A stretch of DNA of 64,000 nt from a bacterium (GCA_965207065.1 OZ242260.1:4160001-4224000), one strand, 5' to 3'; counted from the first letter of the stretch, positions 27,934 to 38,627 are shown. The notes: generated by a model from the sequence alone, not told the origin. Numbers and translations are program-made.

Positions 27934-29040
27934 TTACGCAGCGACGCCGGCGGGCTCGGGCAGTATGACGGGATTGGTGTCCTTGAGAAGCGGCAGGACC
28001 TCCCTGCCGAAAATTTCCGCTTCTTCCTTGTGCGGCCACCCGTTCATGATGAAGTGCCGCACGCCCGCGTCGTAATACTCGCGGATGACGCTCGCCACCA
28101 TGTCCGGCGTGCCGACGAACATCGTTCCCGCGCCGCCGCGCACCTTGTTCACGCCCATCCAGATGGTATCGGTGAGCCAGAGGTTTCCGCGCGAACCCAT
28201 CTCGTTGATGCGCATCTGGCCGGTGGATTCGGTGTTGTTCTTCATGTCGCTCCAGGTGCCCGTGTTCGAGATGTCGCTCTTGTCGATGAGCGCCTCGGCG
28301 GCGCGCACCGCCTCTTCCCTCGTCTCGCGCACGCAGACCAGATGACGGATGCCGTAGCTCAGCGGACGCTCGCGCTCATAGGCCTGCGACTCGCGCTTTC
28401 CCTCCTCGATGTCTTTCCCGACGACTTCGGGTTCTGCCGCGTACATGACATGCACGTCGCCATGCTCCCAAGCCACGCGCTTGCCCGGGTCGGAACTGCC
28501 CGCCAGGAATATCGGGGGATTCGGCTTCGTCACCCGCTCGGGGAAGATGCCCGCGTTCTCGATTTCGAAGAATTTTCCCTTGTAGTCCAGCGGGCCGTCC
28601 GCGTTCCAGAGCTTGCGCACCACGTCCAAGAACTCGCCCGTGCGCGCGTAGCGATCGTCATGCGGCATGAAATCCCCGTATCTTTTCTGATCCACGGGCG
28701 TGCTGCCCGTTACCACGTTCAGGGTGCATCGCCCGCCGGTCAGGTAATCGAGGCTGTTCGCCTGCTGCGCCGCGTAGACCGGGCCGGTGATCCCGGGCCG
28801 GAAGGCCACGAGGAACCTGATCTTCTTCGTCCGGCTCGAAATCGCGCCCGCGGCCGTCCAGGCGTCGATGCAGTGCGTGCCGCACGGCACGAGGATGTTG
28901 GCGAAACCCGCCTCCTCGGCCGCCGTCGTGACTTCTGCAAGATAACCCAGGGTGGCGGGGCGATCGGGCGTCTTCTGGTTCACCTGCGTCCCGTCTCCCG
29001 CCCGGTGGGAGCAAAGTGCCCAGATATATTCGGTGGACAT
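27934..29040 (-). CDS. LLM-class flavin-dependent monooxygenase (SsuD-like)
   Basis: FLVAFRPG, GGRCTLNVVTG, RYARTGEF, AGSS. Confidence 0.88.
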   Translation of the reverse strand: MSTEYIWALCSHRAGDGTQVNQKTPDRPATLGYLAEVTTAAEEAGFANILVPCGTHCIDAWTAAGAISSRTKKIRFLVAFRPGITGPVYAAQQANSLDYLTGGRCTLNVVTGSTPVDQKRYGDFMPHDDRYARTGEFLDVVRKLWNADGPLDYKGKFFEIENAGIFPERVTKPNPPIFLAGSSDPGKRVAWEHGDVHVMYAAEPEVVGKDIEEGKRESQAYERERPLSYGIRHLVCVRETREEAVRAAEALIDKSDISNTGTWSDMKNNTESTGQMRINEMGSRGNLWLTDTIWMGVNKVRGGAGTMFVGTPDMVASVIREYYDAGVRHFIMNGWPHKEEAEIFGREVLPLLKDTNPVILPEPAGVAA

Positions 29041-29174
29041 CTCTCGTCTCCTCGGCGCCTCCCACACCTGCGGGGTGCGCACATGGGAAGAAGTCCAAAA
29101 ACCTCATCCGGAACAAGTTCAACAAGATAATGCCAACGCCATCATGAATCAAGCCCGTAAACCGGCTCCGAGGC

Positions 29175-29645
29175 GGGGCTGTTGAAAAAGCTCCTTCTCG
29201 ATCGCAATTCACCTCCACCAGCTCAGTTGCGAGTTTCGCACTTGAACGGTATTGCCAACCGAAAGAGAGAAGAGAACCACTCCCCCCTTGAGGGTCGGGC
29301 ATCCCGAGGGGAATACCCGATGAAAAAGCCCCGAGGAGCGATTTTAGTTGCGAGGATGCTTTTGAAGTTCACTCCCCCCTTGAGGGTCGGTCTTTCCTCA
29401 TCGGGAAGACCGACAGTGAACTGAGGGCGTAAGCCCGAAAGTGAACTGGTGGGGGGTATAATTCGAAATGGCAATAAAACGCGTTTTACCCCCCACCGAT
29501 TCAGCCTTCGCAAATATCGCTCGGCTTCATCGTCGGTCTTCCCCGAGGGAGACCGACCCTCAAGGGGGGAGTGGTTGGTTGGCGCTCTGCAGAGAAGGAG
29601 TAAAGTTACATCCTTCCCTGATCGTCTCTAGACGTCGAATCATCT
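29175..29645. repeat. Composite structured intergenic repeat (MITE-like left end plus CACTCCCCCCTTGAGGG hairpin units)
   Basis: GGGGCTGTTGAAAAA at 29175; core 29370-29591 is a near-identical inverted copy of 33957-34160. Confidence 0.75.
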
Positions 29646-29647
29646 AT

Positions 29648-30238
29648 TCAGGGCGCTTTCTCCAGAACGACCATGTAGCGGCGCTCGCGCCTGCGCTCGA
29701 CGATGACGTTGCGGCGCTCCATCCCGTGCCCCGGCAGGCGCAGCCACATAGAATACTCGCCCGGGGCGAGGTCCGTCACCTCGATCGCCGGGGAGGCTTT
29801 GCCGTAATACCGGCTCCCGATGAAGACCTCCGCGCCCGGCGGGTCCGAGCGGACAACGAGGCGGCCGGCGCCGTCTTTCGCCAGTCTAATCTCGATGGGC
29901 GTCTTCTTCGTACGCACGTCGACTTCGACAACCTGGCCGACGTAGCCCGGGAACTCCACCCGAATCGAATGACGCCCGTAGTCCACGCCCTTGATCTCGA
30001 CGGGCCTGAGTCTATAGGTCTCTCCCCGCGGATTTCCGTTAAAGATGACGAAGGCGCCCTCGGGCTTGCTCGTCACGACGATTTCGCCCTTGCCGCTGCG
30101 CGGGGCTTCGGCGGCTTTTTTCCCCCGAGCGCACCCCGCACCCGACGCCAGGGTGAAAATGGCGAACAAAACGAGAATTGAATGGAAAAAGCGCTTCGGC
30201 GGCCAAATTGAAGCGAATAATTTGTATTGCATGCTCAT
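29648..30238 (-). CDS. PEGA domain protein (two PEGA repeats), probably exported
   Basis: VTSKPEGAFV and VRSDPPGAEV repeats; hydrophobic N-terminus ending GAGC. Confidence 0.82.
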   Translation of the reverse strand: MSMQYKLFASIWPPKRFFHSILVLFAIFTLASGAGCARGKKAAEAPRSGKGEIVVTSKPEGAFVIFNGNPRGETYRLRPVEIKGVDYGRHSIRVEFPGYVGQVVEVDVRTKKTPIEIRLAKDGAGRLVVRSDPPGAEVFIGSRYYGKASPAIEVTDLAPGEYSMWLRLPGHGMERRNVIVERRRERRYMVVLEKAP

Positions 30239-30404
30239 CCCTCCTGTCGCGCGAGTCCTGAGCCATCGTGCAATTTACCTTGTTTGGCGCATGAGGGGAA
30301 GCCGCCTCCATGGATAACCCTTCGTGCGCTTGCCGATTGCCCGCCCATGAGGAATGATGCGCATGGATTCCACAAAACTTACATCCAAGGGAGAAGATTT
30401 CAAG

Positions 30405-32099
30405 ATGCGAGGCCACCTGAGAGGACTGACGAACTATGGCGATCCGGGCTTCAGCGTTTTCGCAAGAGGCGCTTACGCACGGGGGTTCGGCCTGACGAAA
30501 GAGGACCTGGATAAGCCCATCATCGGCATCGCCCAGACCTGGAGCGAACTCAACCCGTGCCATCGCCATTTGCGGGAGATCGCCGAGGCCGTGAAGCGCG
30601 GCGTCTGGCAGACGGGCGGCCTGCCGCTGGAATTTCCCACCATCTCCCTGGGCGAGATGTACTTGAACCCCACGGCCATGTTCTTCAGGAACCTCCTCTC
30701 GATGGATACCGAGGAGATGATCAAGGGCCAGCCCATGGACGGCGTGGTGCTGCTCGGCGGCTGCGACAAGACCCTGCCTGCACAGCTCATGGGCGCGGCA
30801 AGTGCTGGGATTCCCGCCATCTGCGTGACGGCGGGGCCGATGATCGGCGGACGCTTCGAGGACAAGGTGCTGGGCGCGTGTTCGGACTGCCGCGGCACGT
30901 GGGCCGAATACCGGGCGGGCAACTACGACGACGAGCGGCTCGAAGAAGTCCAGGGATCGCTCTTCCCATCCACGGGAACCTGCATGGTGATGGGAACGGC
31001 GAGCACGATGGCGTCGCTCACCGAGGCAATGGGCATGATGCTGCCCGGACTCGCGGCTGTTCCGGCGGTGAACTCGAACCGAATCCGCCTCGCAGAGTAT
31101 AGCGGGCGGCGCATCGTCGACCTGATCGAGAAGGACATCACGCCCGACAAGATCATCACGCGCAAGGCGTTCGAAAACGCCATCCGCGTGCTCATGGCCG
31201 TGGGCGGTTCGACGAACGCCGTCGTCCACCTGCCGGCCATCGCCGGACGGCTGGGGATTGACCTTCCGCTTTCGCTGTTCGATGACATCTCACGCACCAC
31301 GCCCATGATCGGCAACATCCGGCCATCGGGCAAGAAATACCTGATGGAAGACCTGGCGGCGGCGGGCGGCATCCCCGTGGTGATGAAAGAACTTGAACCC
31401 CTCCTCCACGGGGACTGCCTGACGGTGACGGGAGAGACCGTGACCGAGAACCTCAGTAAAGTCCAAGGGGCGCAGCCCTGGCAGGACGTCATCTACACGC
31501 GGGAGAAACCGATTTCGGAAGAAGGCGGCCTCGTCATCGTGAAAGGCTCGCTCGCGCCCGATGGAGCGGTCATCAAGATATCGGCGGCAAACTCCGACCT
31601 GCTGACGCACACGGGGCCTGCGGTCGTATTCTCATCCCAGCAGGACCTCGTCGAGCGGATCGACGACCCCGACCTCCCCGCCACGGCGGAGAGCGTATTC
31701 GTGCTCCAGAACACAGGCCCCATCGGCGCGCCCGGCTTCCCGGAGGCAGGCTCCATGCCCCTTCCCAAGAAGCTGCTCGAAGCGGGCGTGCGCGACGTGG
31801 TGCGCGTATCGGACGCGCGCATGAGCGGAACGGCGTCGGGGACCATCGTCCTGCACGTGGCGCCCGAGGCGGCGGCGGGCGGCCCACTCGCCCTGGTCCG
31901 GGACGGGGACATGATCACCCTGGACGTTACCAACCGAAGGCTCGACCTGAACGTCCCCGAAGAAGAACTCACACGCCGCCGCGCCTCTTTAGAGACGCTC
32001 CCGCCCCATTACGACAGGGGTTACGGGAAGCTGTTCATCGAGAACGTGCTCCAGGCGCCCGATGGCTGTGACTTCGGCTTCCTGAGAAAGACGGAATAA
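30405..32099 (+). CDS. IlvD/Edd-family dehydratase
   Basis: NPCHRHL, GCDKT, CMVMGTASTM, GGSTNA, DARMSGT. Confidence 0.93.
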   Translation: MRGHLRGLTNYGDPGFSVFARGAYARGFGLTKEDLDKPIIGIAQTWSELNPCHRHLREIAEAVKRGVWQTGGLPLEFPTISLGEMYLNPTAMFFRNLLSMDTEEMIKGQPMDGVVLLGGCDKTLPAQLMGAASAGIPAICVTAGPMIGGRFEDKVLGACSDCRGTWAEYRAGNYDDERLEEVQGSLFPSTGTCMVMGTASTMASLTEAMGMMLPGLAAVPAVNSNRIRLAEYSGRRIVDLIEKDITPDKIITRKAFENAIRVLMAVGGSTNAVVHLPAIAGRLGIDLPLSLFDDISRTTPMIGNIRPSGKKYLMEDLAAAGGIPVVMKELEPLLHGDCLTVTGETVTENLSKVQGAQPWQDVIYTREKPISEEGGLVIVKGSLAPDGAVIKISAANSDLLTHTGPAVVFSSQQDLVERIDDPDLPATAESVFVLQNTGPIGAPGFPEAGSMPLPKKLLEAGVRDVVRVSDARMSGTASGTIVLHVAPEAAAGGPLALVRDGDMITLDVTNRRLDLNVPEEELTRRRASLETLPPHYDRGYGKLFIENVLQAPDGCDFGFLRKTE

Positions 32100-32102
32100 G
32101 CC

Positions 32103-33149
32103 ATGCGCAGAGTCCGCGTCGTCGCACGCATGCTGCCCTGCATCCGCGCCCTGCGCGGCAGGCCCGTCTCGCCCGAGATCGAAGAGCGCCTCGCCCGCGC
32201 GCTGGATGAAGAGAAGATTGAACTCATCATCGAGCCCGACGCCAAGAAGCGTATGGCGGCGACGGAAGAGGCGGATTTCTTTCTCTGCGAGAACGACCCG
32301 CTGCCTGAGGATTTCTACGAGCGCACCAAGAAACTCAAGCTCATCCAAGCGGGCGGCTATTTCTTCGAAAAACTCCAGATAGAGCGCGCCACGCGGGCGG
32401 GCGTGCCCGTGATGACTTTCCCGATGCCGATCACCGATTCGGTGGCGGATCACGTCATCATGATGCTCCTCGCGCTCACGAGAAACTTTGAGGAAACGAC
32501 CCGCGCCTCCCGCGAGGGATCGGACAATCCCCCATCCCCCCAAAGGCCGGACGGAAGCGCATTCAACTGGACGCAGACGCAGGGAATCGCCCCGCTGCGC
32601 GGCATGCGCCTGAGCGTCCTGGGCATGGGCGACATCGGACGCGGCGTGGCCCTGCGCGCCAAGGCGTTCGGGATGGAGATTCAGTATTGGAACAGAACGC
32701 CGCTGCCAGAATCCGTGGACGAGGCGCTGGGCGCTCGGCCCGTTGCGCAAGAGGAGTTGTTCGAAAACACGCAAGCGCTCCTAATCGGCGTCGCTCTTAA
32801 CGAGGAGACGCGCGGCATCATCAGCGAAAGCGTGATCCGGACACTCCCAAAGGGAGCGTATCTGCTCAACATCGGGCGCGGGCCGCTGATCGACCAGGAT
32901 GCGATGTATCGCGCGCTCACAGACGGCCACCTGGGCGGCGCCGGGCTGGACGTATTTGACCCCGAGCCGTTTCCCCCCGAACACCCCCTGCTGCGCCTGC
33001 CCAACGTCATTCCCTCACCGCACTGCGCGGGCGGTGACGATGTGAACATCGTCCGGGAAATCGAGATTTACTTCGACAACATCCACCGCGCCCTGAACGG
33101 CGAAGCGCCCTTAGGGCTAGTGAACGGCGTCGCCTGGCGGGGTTTATAG
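32103..33149 (+). CDS. D-isomer-specific 2-hydroxyacid dehydrogenase family
   Basis: GMGDIG, NIGRG, LDVFDPEP, SPHCAG. Confidence 0.88.
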   Translation: MRRVRVVARMLPCIRALRGRPVSPEIEERLARALDEEKIELIIEPDAKKRMAATEEADFFLCENDPLPEDFYERTKKLKLIQAGGYFFEKLQIERATRAGVPVMTFPMPITDSVADHVIMMLLALTRNFEETTRASREGSDNPPSPQRPDGSAFNWTQTQGIAPLRGMRLSVLGMGDIGRGVALRAKAFGMEIQYWNRTPLPESVDEALGARPVAQEELFENTQALLIGVALNEETRGIISESVIRTLPKGAYLLNIGRGPLIDQDAMYRALTDGHLGGAGLDVFDPEPFPPEHPLLRLPNVIPSPHCAGGDDVNIVREIEIYFDNIHRALNGEAPLGLVNGVAWRGL

Positions 33150-33152
33150 CCC

Positions 33153-33884
33153 ATGTGCGGACGCTTCACCCTCACCAAACCGATACCCTGGCTCGCGGAG
33201 ATTCTGGACGTAAAAAACACCGAAAGCGTGGGAAGCGTTCCCTCCCGCTACAACGTCGCGCCGGGCACGGACATCGCCATCGTCCGCGCGAAAGAATCGA
33301 CAGACAAAGACGCGCGCGAACTCGCCCTCGCCCGCTGGGGTCTGGTGCCCTTCTGGGCGAAAGACGCAGATTTCGGGGCCAGGACGATCAACGCGCGTTC
33401 TGAAACCGCCTCCCAGAAGCCCGCTTTCCGCGCTGCCTTTCGCTACAAACGATGCCTCATCCCCGCGGACGGTTTTTACGAGTGGGCCGGGAGCGGGAGA
33501 AAAAAACAGCCCTTCTTCATACATCTGGAAGAGAGAAAACCCTTCGCCTTCGCGGGTCTCTGGGAGAGCTGGACGGGGGCGGACGGGAGCGTTCTCGAGA
33601 CCTGTACGATCCTCACGACGGAGGCGAACGAGAAGCTGGCCGAACTGCACCACCGGATGCCCGTCATCCTGCCCGAGGAATCCTACGCGGAGTGGCTGAA
33701 CCCGCGCGAGAACCGCGCAAAAGCCGTACAAGAGCTTCTCAAGCCCTATCCATCGGAGGCCTTTTCGTATTACCCCGTGAGCGAGCGGGTCAACAGCCCG
33801 AGAAACGACGACGCGGCCTGTATTGAAAAACGCGCGGAAAAAGAGAAACCACCGGAACTTCAGGGATCGCTATTCGGGGATTGA
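33153..33884 (+). CDS. SOS response-associated peptidase (SRAP/YedK/HMCES)
   Basis: N-terminal MCGRF, INARSE, GFYEW, HHRMPVIL. Confidence 0.95.
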   Translation: MCGRFTLTKPIPWLAEILDVKNTESVGSVPSRYNVAPGTDIAIVRAKESTDKDARELALARWGLVPFWAKDADFGARTINARSETASQKPAFRAAFRYKRCLIPADGFYEWAGSGRKKQPFFIHLEERKPFAFAGLWESWTGADGSVLETCTILTTEANEKLAELHHRMPVILPEESYAEWLNPRENRAKAVQELLKPYPSEAFSYYPVSERVNSPRNDDAACIEKRAEKEKPPELQGSLFGD

Positions 33885-33919
33885 GGCGTGTGCGTCGGAT
33901 GACCATAGAGATATTCAGT

Positions 33920-34220
33920 GGACAGGCACGGAGGCCTGTCCCTACGAACCCACCCTTGCAGAACGCCAACCAACCACTCCCCCCTTGAGGGGGAGTCGAT
34001 GAAGCCGAGCGGTTTATGCGAAGGCTGAATCGGTGGGGGGTAAAATGCGTTTTCTTGCCATTCCGAATCATACCCCCCACCAGTTCACTTTCGGACTTAC
34101 TCCCTCAGTTCACTGTCGGTCTACCCGAGGAGGATAGACCGACCCTCAAGGGGGGAGTGGTTCTCTTGCTCTTCGTCGATCGCGTCGAACCCTCATTATC
34201 AGGACTTTTTCAACAACCCC
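33920..34220. repeat. Composite structured intergenic repeat (GTAG REP, hairpin core, MITE-like end)
   Basis: GTAG REP at 33920-33945 (- strand); inverted copy of 29370-29591; TTTTTCAACAACCCC at 34206-34220. Confidence 0.75.
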
Positions 34221-34353
34221 ATATACGTCCCCTATACTCATCCGTTAGATGAAAAACAGGGCGGACACATTCGGGCTTCGCTTCCTCAGCAAAGCCCGAC
34301 ACCCCTACAGTAGAAAGCCCACATCATCCGTAAATCCACTGTAATGGCACAAC

Positions 34354-35547
34354 TCAGGAGATGGACGATCCCTCGGGCTGTTCTTCTATCGGCGCGTCGG
34401 TGGTGAGGCGCTTTTTCGCCGTGGGCGCATAGCCGCCGCCCGCCATCGTCGAGGCGATTTCCAGAATCTCTACCATCGACTCGGGCATTCCCGAGGGATA
34501 GGCCTCGTCGGGGCATTTGCTGTTCGTCATGTAGGCGCACGGCTTGCACTCGATGCAGCGGATGACTTCCCCATCCCGCGCTTCGATCGCCTTGTTCGCA
34601 TAGTCCGGGTCCGTGAGCAGGGCGCGCCCCACGCCGACGAAATCGGCGCCCCCATCGAGATACGCCTGAATCCGCGCGGGCTCGAAGGCGGCCCCGTTCG
34701 CGACGAGGGGGACGTCCACCGCCTTTCGCAGCCTGTCGAAAGCGGGGTTGTACAAGTCGGGCATGACGGGCAGACCCACGCGCGCGTTCCGCGAGCAATG
34801 GAGTATGTCGACTCCCGCCTCCACGAGTGCGGGCGCAAGAGCAAGCGTATCCTCCACCGTGAAGCCGTTCTCGAAAGGCTCCAGGAGCCCCAGGCGGTAG
34901 CTCACCACCATATCGTCGCCCCCACCCTCGCGCACGGCCTGCGCCACTTCGAGCGGAAAGCGCATGCGATTTTCCAGCGCGCCGCCGTAGCCGTCCGTCC
35001 GCCGGTTCGAGGCCGGTGAGAAGAACTGCTGGCACAGATACCAGGTGGCCCCGTGAATCTCGATAACCCTGCCGCCCGCCTCGCGCACCCGCCGCGCCGC
35101 GTCGCCATAAGCCCGGACGGCGGTCTTGATGTCCGCCTCGCTCATCTCGCGTGGCACCTCATCCTCGGTGGGATGCGGGACGGGAGATGGCCCCACAGGC
35201 TCCATCCCCGTGATGGCGCTGAGCGCCGTTCGGCCCGCGTGATAAATCTGAACCGCAAGTGGCGCGCCCGCATCTTCCACTGCCTGGATCAGCTCGCCAA
35301 GGGCGGGGACGAGCGCGTCGTCGTGCGTGCCGAGCTGGTTGGGAAAGCCCTTGCCCTCCTGGTTGACGTAGGTCGCTTCCGAGAAGCAAATCGCAGAGCC
35401 CCCAAGGGCGCGGGCCTTGTAATGCGCGTGCGACCAGGCGGATGGCGCGCCGTCTTCTTCTGCGCGCGAGGTCGTCATCGCGGACATGAGAATACGGTGT
35501 TTGATGCGCTGACCGCGAACTTCGATGGGATCCGTAAATTTAGCCAT
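34354..35547 (-). CDS. NADH:flavin oxidoreductase (old yellow enzyme family)
   Basis: QIYHAGR, NRRTDGYGG.LENR.RF, GRALLTDP, CxxCxxC tail. Confidence 0.9.
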   Translation of the reverse strand: MAKFTDPIEVRGQRIKHRILMSAMTTSRAEEDGAPSAWSHAHYKARALGGSAICFSEATYVNQEGKGFPNQLGTHDDALVPALGELIQAVEDAGAPLAVQIYHAGRTALSAITGMEPVGPSPVPHPTEDEVPREMSEADIKTAVRAYGDAARRVREAGGRVIEIHGATWYLCQQFFSPASNRRTDGYGGALENRMRFPLEVAQAVREGGGDDMVVSYRLGLLEPFENGFTVEDTLALAPALVEAGVDILHCSRNARVGLPVMPDLYNPAFDRLRKAVDVPLVANGAAFEPARIQAYLDGGADFVGVGRALLTDPDYANKAIEARDGEVIRCIECKPCAYMTNSKCPDEAYPSGMPESMVEILEIASTMAGGGYAPTAKKRLTTDAPIEEQPEGSSIS

Positions 35548-35666
35548 GTAGAGAAATCTCCCGAAAATCACCCCCACGAACCAACATCGCGGCGAGCCCA
35601 CCGGACCCGCCGCGATGCGATCTGAAAATCAGGAGGGCGGAAACAGCACCCGACCCTCGCTCCGTT

Positions 35667-36461
35667 TTAGTTTCTCGCCAGAAATTCCTCGATGTCGCGC
35701 AAGGATTCCTCAAAGCACTGGATGAGGAAGAAGTGGCTCGCCTCCTCGTAAATCTTGATCTCACAACCCGGCACGCGGTCGGCAATCTCCTGCGAGGCGC
35801 TCGCCGCGCACAGCACGTCCTGCCCGCCCGCGAAAACCTTCGTCGGGCACTTGACCTCGTGCAGCCTGTCGAGCGCGTCGTGCGTGAGGCAGGCGTGGGT
35901 GGAATGCACGTAGCCGGGGATGGGCCTGTCCGTATCGCCGAGCCCCGCCTCGAACGCGTCGAGTTGTTCCTTGTTCTCGTTGAAATATTGAGGCGGGAAA
36001 AAGAAGAGCGACTGGTGCATGGCGGCAGGCCCGTAGCCCTGGGCCTTCACGACCTCGTTGATGTTGTAGAGGATCTGGTAGCCGTACCTGTCCAGCTTGC
36101 CGAAAGAGGCGGTGATGAGGAGGCTCCGCACGCGGTCGGGATAGTCGAGCGCCATCATCTGCGCGATGGCGCCCCCCATCGAGCGGCCGATGATGTGCGC
36201 GGGCTCGGTGATGCCCACCGCGTCCATCAGGCCGATGGTGTCGGCCGCGAAATGGCTCGACGTGTAGGGATAATCGGGCGCGGAACTCCTGCCCGCCCCC
36301 CGGTTGTCGAAGGCCAGCACGCGGTAGTTCTTCTCCAGACTCTCGATTTGCGCCTTCCACGCGCTGCAATCGCCCGCGAGCCCGTGGATGAGAACCACGG
36401 GCACGCCTTCCCCGTATTCCTCATAGTAAAGCTCTACATCACCCACCTGAACTTTCGGCAT
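35667..36461 (-). CDS. Alpha/beta hydrolase (RutD/PcaD-like)
   Basis: DNRGAGRS, GRSMGG, ASHF. Confidence 0.88.
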   Translation of the reverse strand: MPKVQVGDVELYYEEYGEGVPVVLIHGLAGDCSAWKAQIESLEKNYRVLAFDNRGAGRSSAPDYPYTSSHFAADTIGLMDAVGITEPAHIIGRSMGGAIAQMMALDYPDRVRSLLITASFGKLDRYGYQILYNINEVVKAQGYGPAAMHQSLFFFPPQYFNENKEQLDAFEAGLGDTDRPIPGYVHSTHACLTHDALDRLHEVKCPTKVFAGGQDVLCAASASQEIADRVPGCEIKIYEEASHFFLIQCFEESLRDIEEFLARN

Positions 36462-36569
36462 CTTGAAAACCCTCTTCTGTGATTAGTCGAATAGCCGCTC
36501 TTCGAGCGCTTGCGGCCACTACAGCCTGCATGTGAGACATTGGAGGCGCTCTTCATCGAGCGCGGGGAA

Positions 36570-37307
36570 TCAGCTCTTCTTGCCTTCGGCGCCCTCGGCC
36601 ACCTTGTCCATGAACTCCTCGTTGTCGAACACCCAGCCGAGGCAGCGCATGACGTTCTGCATCCCGAAGACGTGCAGGTCCGGCCCGTACATGCTCTTCA
36701 CGCAGTCGGAGAGCATCACCACCCGGTAGTCGTAGTTGAAGGCGGTGAAGGCCGTGTTCAGCACGCAGGTGTTCGTGTTGATGCCCATGAGGCAGACGTT
36801 CTTCGTGCCCAGCGAGTCGAGGAGCATCTGGAGGTCCGTTCCCATGAAGCAGTCGAGGCGCTTTTTGTTGTCGATGACGTAGTCGCCCTCTTCCACGAGG
36901 GAGGGAATCATCTCCGTCGTCACCTCGCCCATGATGTTGTGGTCGTTCACCGTGCTCTTGCGGCCGAGCGTCAAGCGGTTTTTATCGTCCTGAATGTCAT
37001 GGAGCGCCTTCCAGAAGTGGACCTTCATGCCCTCGCTTCCGAGGCCGGGAATCTTCCGGAAGATGAGCTTCACGTGGACGACGGGTATTCCGTGGCTTCT
37101 GGCGAAACCGAGGAGTTCCTCCGCGGCGCCGATGACGCTCTCGCAATCCTCGTCACTCGCCGGCATGGTGGCGACTTCGGGGTCGAGGTGGCCCCGGTGC
37201 ATGTCAATGGTGACGATGGTGGTTTCTTTCGGGTCGAGCGATATCATTTCCTTCAACTGATCCGTCATTTCCGAACGATCGAGAATCTCTACTTGTTGCG
37301 CAGCCAT
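36570..37307 (-). CDS. Isochorismatase-family cysteine hydrolase
   Basis: TIDMH, KKRLDCF, GINTNTCV Asp-Lys-Cys triad. Confidence 0.88.
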   Translation of the reverse strand: MAAQQVEILDRSEMTDQLKEMISLDPKETTIVTIDMHRGHLDPEVATMPASDEDCESVIGAAEELLGFARSHGIPVVHVKLIFRKIPGLGSEGMKVHFWKALHDIQDDKNRLTLGRKSTVNDHNIMGEVTTEMIPSLVEEGDYVIDNKKRLDCFMGTDLQMLLDSLGTKNVCLMGINTNTCVLNTAFTAFNYDYRVVMLSDCVKSMYGPDLHVFGMQNVMRCLGWVFDNEEFMDKVAEGAEGKKS

Positions 37308-37462
37308 GGCACCATCCCCTCTTCTTGAGAATAGATGTACAGGTTCCTGTCGAATGCTCATAGCATATTACATAACGCCAGGATTGAAAACGGGGGAAGG
37401 GGGGACTCGGGGGGAGGGTCGCACTCAACGAACAAGCGGGAAGAACAGGAAGGTACGGCTAG

Positions 37463-37777
37463 CTATTGAAGCGGAGGCAGGTCGGGAAAAAGTTTGTTGG
37501 CCGTATCGAGAGAACATCCTTGCGCAAGATATTCATCCCGTTTTTGGAGCTTGTCCTGCTCGGACATTCCCTCCTGAGCCGCCCGCATCAAGGCCTCTAC
37601 CCCCTTGTCGGCGCCGTCGCTCTGATTTTTTCGAACAAGCTCTCTCATAACAACCACCAAAAACGAGTCCCAATAGTTAAAAAACTTACGATAAATTCTA
37701 GCAACAAGCGCTTGATTGTCAAACGATACGAATGCTTTGGCTGTTTCTTCAGCGTCTACTACCGGCAGCTTGTACAA
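37463..37777 (-). pseudogene. AT-rich gene remnant or short hypothetical ORF
   Basis: TTG start without clear RBS directly after sdh terminator; composition differs from flanks. Confidence 0.35.
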
Positions 37778-37828
37778 TGCGCTCGAAATATACTTTTGCT
37801 TATTTCCAGACTTGCCCCCCCCGGCAAC

Positions 37829-37856
37829 AAAAAAGGCTCCCCGCGCGGGGGAGCCT
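37829..37856 (-). terminator. Intrinsic terminator of sdhCAB
   Basis: GGCTCCCC stem, GC loop, followed by T6 on - strand. Confidence 0.8.
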
Positions 37857-37880
37857 CTTGAGAACCGTTTTGGTTGCGGC

Positions 37881-38626
37881 CTAATCGCCTCTCACGGTCG
37901 CGCGGATGAACTCGCGGTTCATCTTGGCGATGTGGCTGATGCTGATGTCCTTGGGGCACATGGCCTCGCACTCGGCGTGGTTGGTGCAGTTGCCGAAACC
38001 CTCCTCATCCATCCGGGCGACCATGTCGAGCACCCTCTGGCCGCGCTCGGGCATGCCCTGGGGCAAGTGCGCCAGATGAGAGACCTTCGCCGCCACGAAG
38101 AGCATCGCCGAGCCGTTCGGGCACGACGCCGCGCAGGCGCCGCAGCCGATGCAGGCGGCCGCGTCCATGGCGGCGTCCGCGTCGGGCTTGGGGATGGGAA
38201 CCGCATTGCCGTCCGGCGCGCCGCCCGTGTTCGCGGAGATGAAGCCCCCCGCCTGGATGATGCGGTCGAACGAGGTGCGGTCGACCACCAGATCCCTGAT
38301 AACCGGGAAGGCGCTCGCCCGCCAGGGCTCGATGGTGATGGTGTCGCCGTCGTTGAATTTTCTCATGTGAAGCTGGCAGGTGGTCGTTCCGTCGAAACCC
38401 CCGTGCGCTCTTCCGTTGATGACCAGCGAGCACATGCCGCAGATTCCCTCGCGGCAATCGTGGTCGAAGGCGATGGGATCCTTGCCTTCCATGATCAGGC
38501 GCTCGTTCGTCACGTCGAGCATTTCCAGAAAAGACATGTCCGGGATGATGCCGCTCACCTGATAGGACTCGAACCTGCCCGTCGACTGCCCGTCTTTTTG
38601 CCGCCATACCCTGAGGGTGAGGTCCA

Positions 38627-38627
<1 letters not shown>
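37881..38627 (-). CDS. sdhB: Succinate dehydrogenase/fumarate reductase Fe-S subunit
   Basis: [33 protein letters not shown]. Confidence 0.96.

Noticed and set aside
29182-29631. Short ORFs inside repeat clusters (also 33790-34252, 42604-42970, 45957-46466)
   Set aside because: They are translations of the repeated DNA elements, not supported genes
29175-34220. Single composite transposon bounded by the outer TIRs
   Set aside because: The left cluster appears to have its own degenerate right end near 29600-29645, no target duplication is seen and cargo genes have host-like composition
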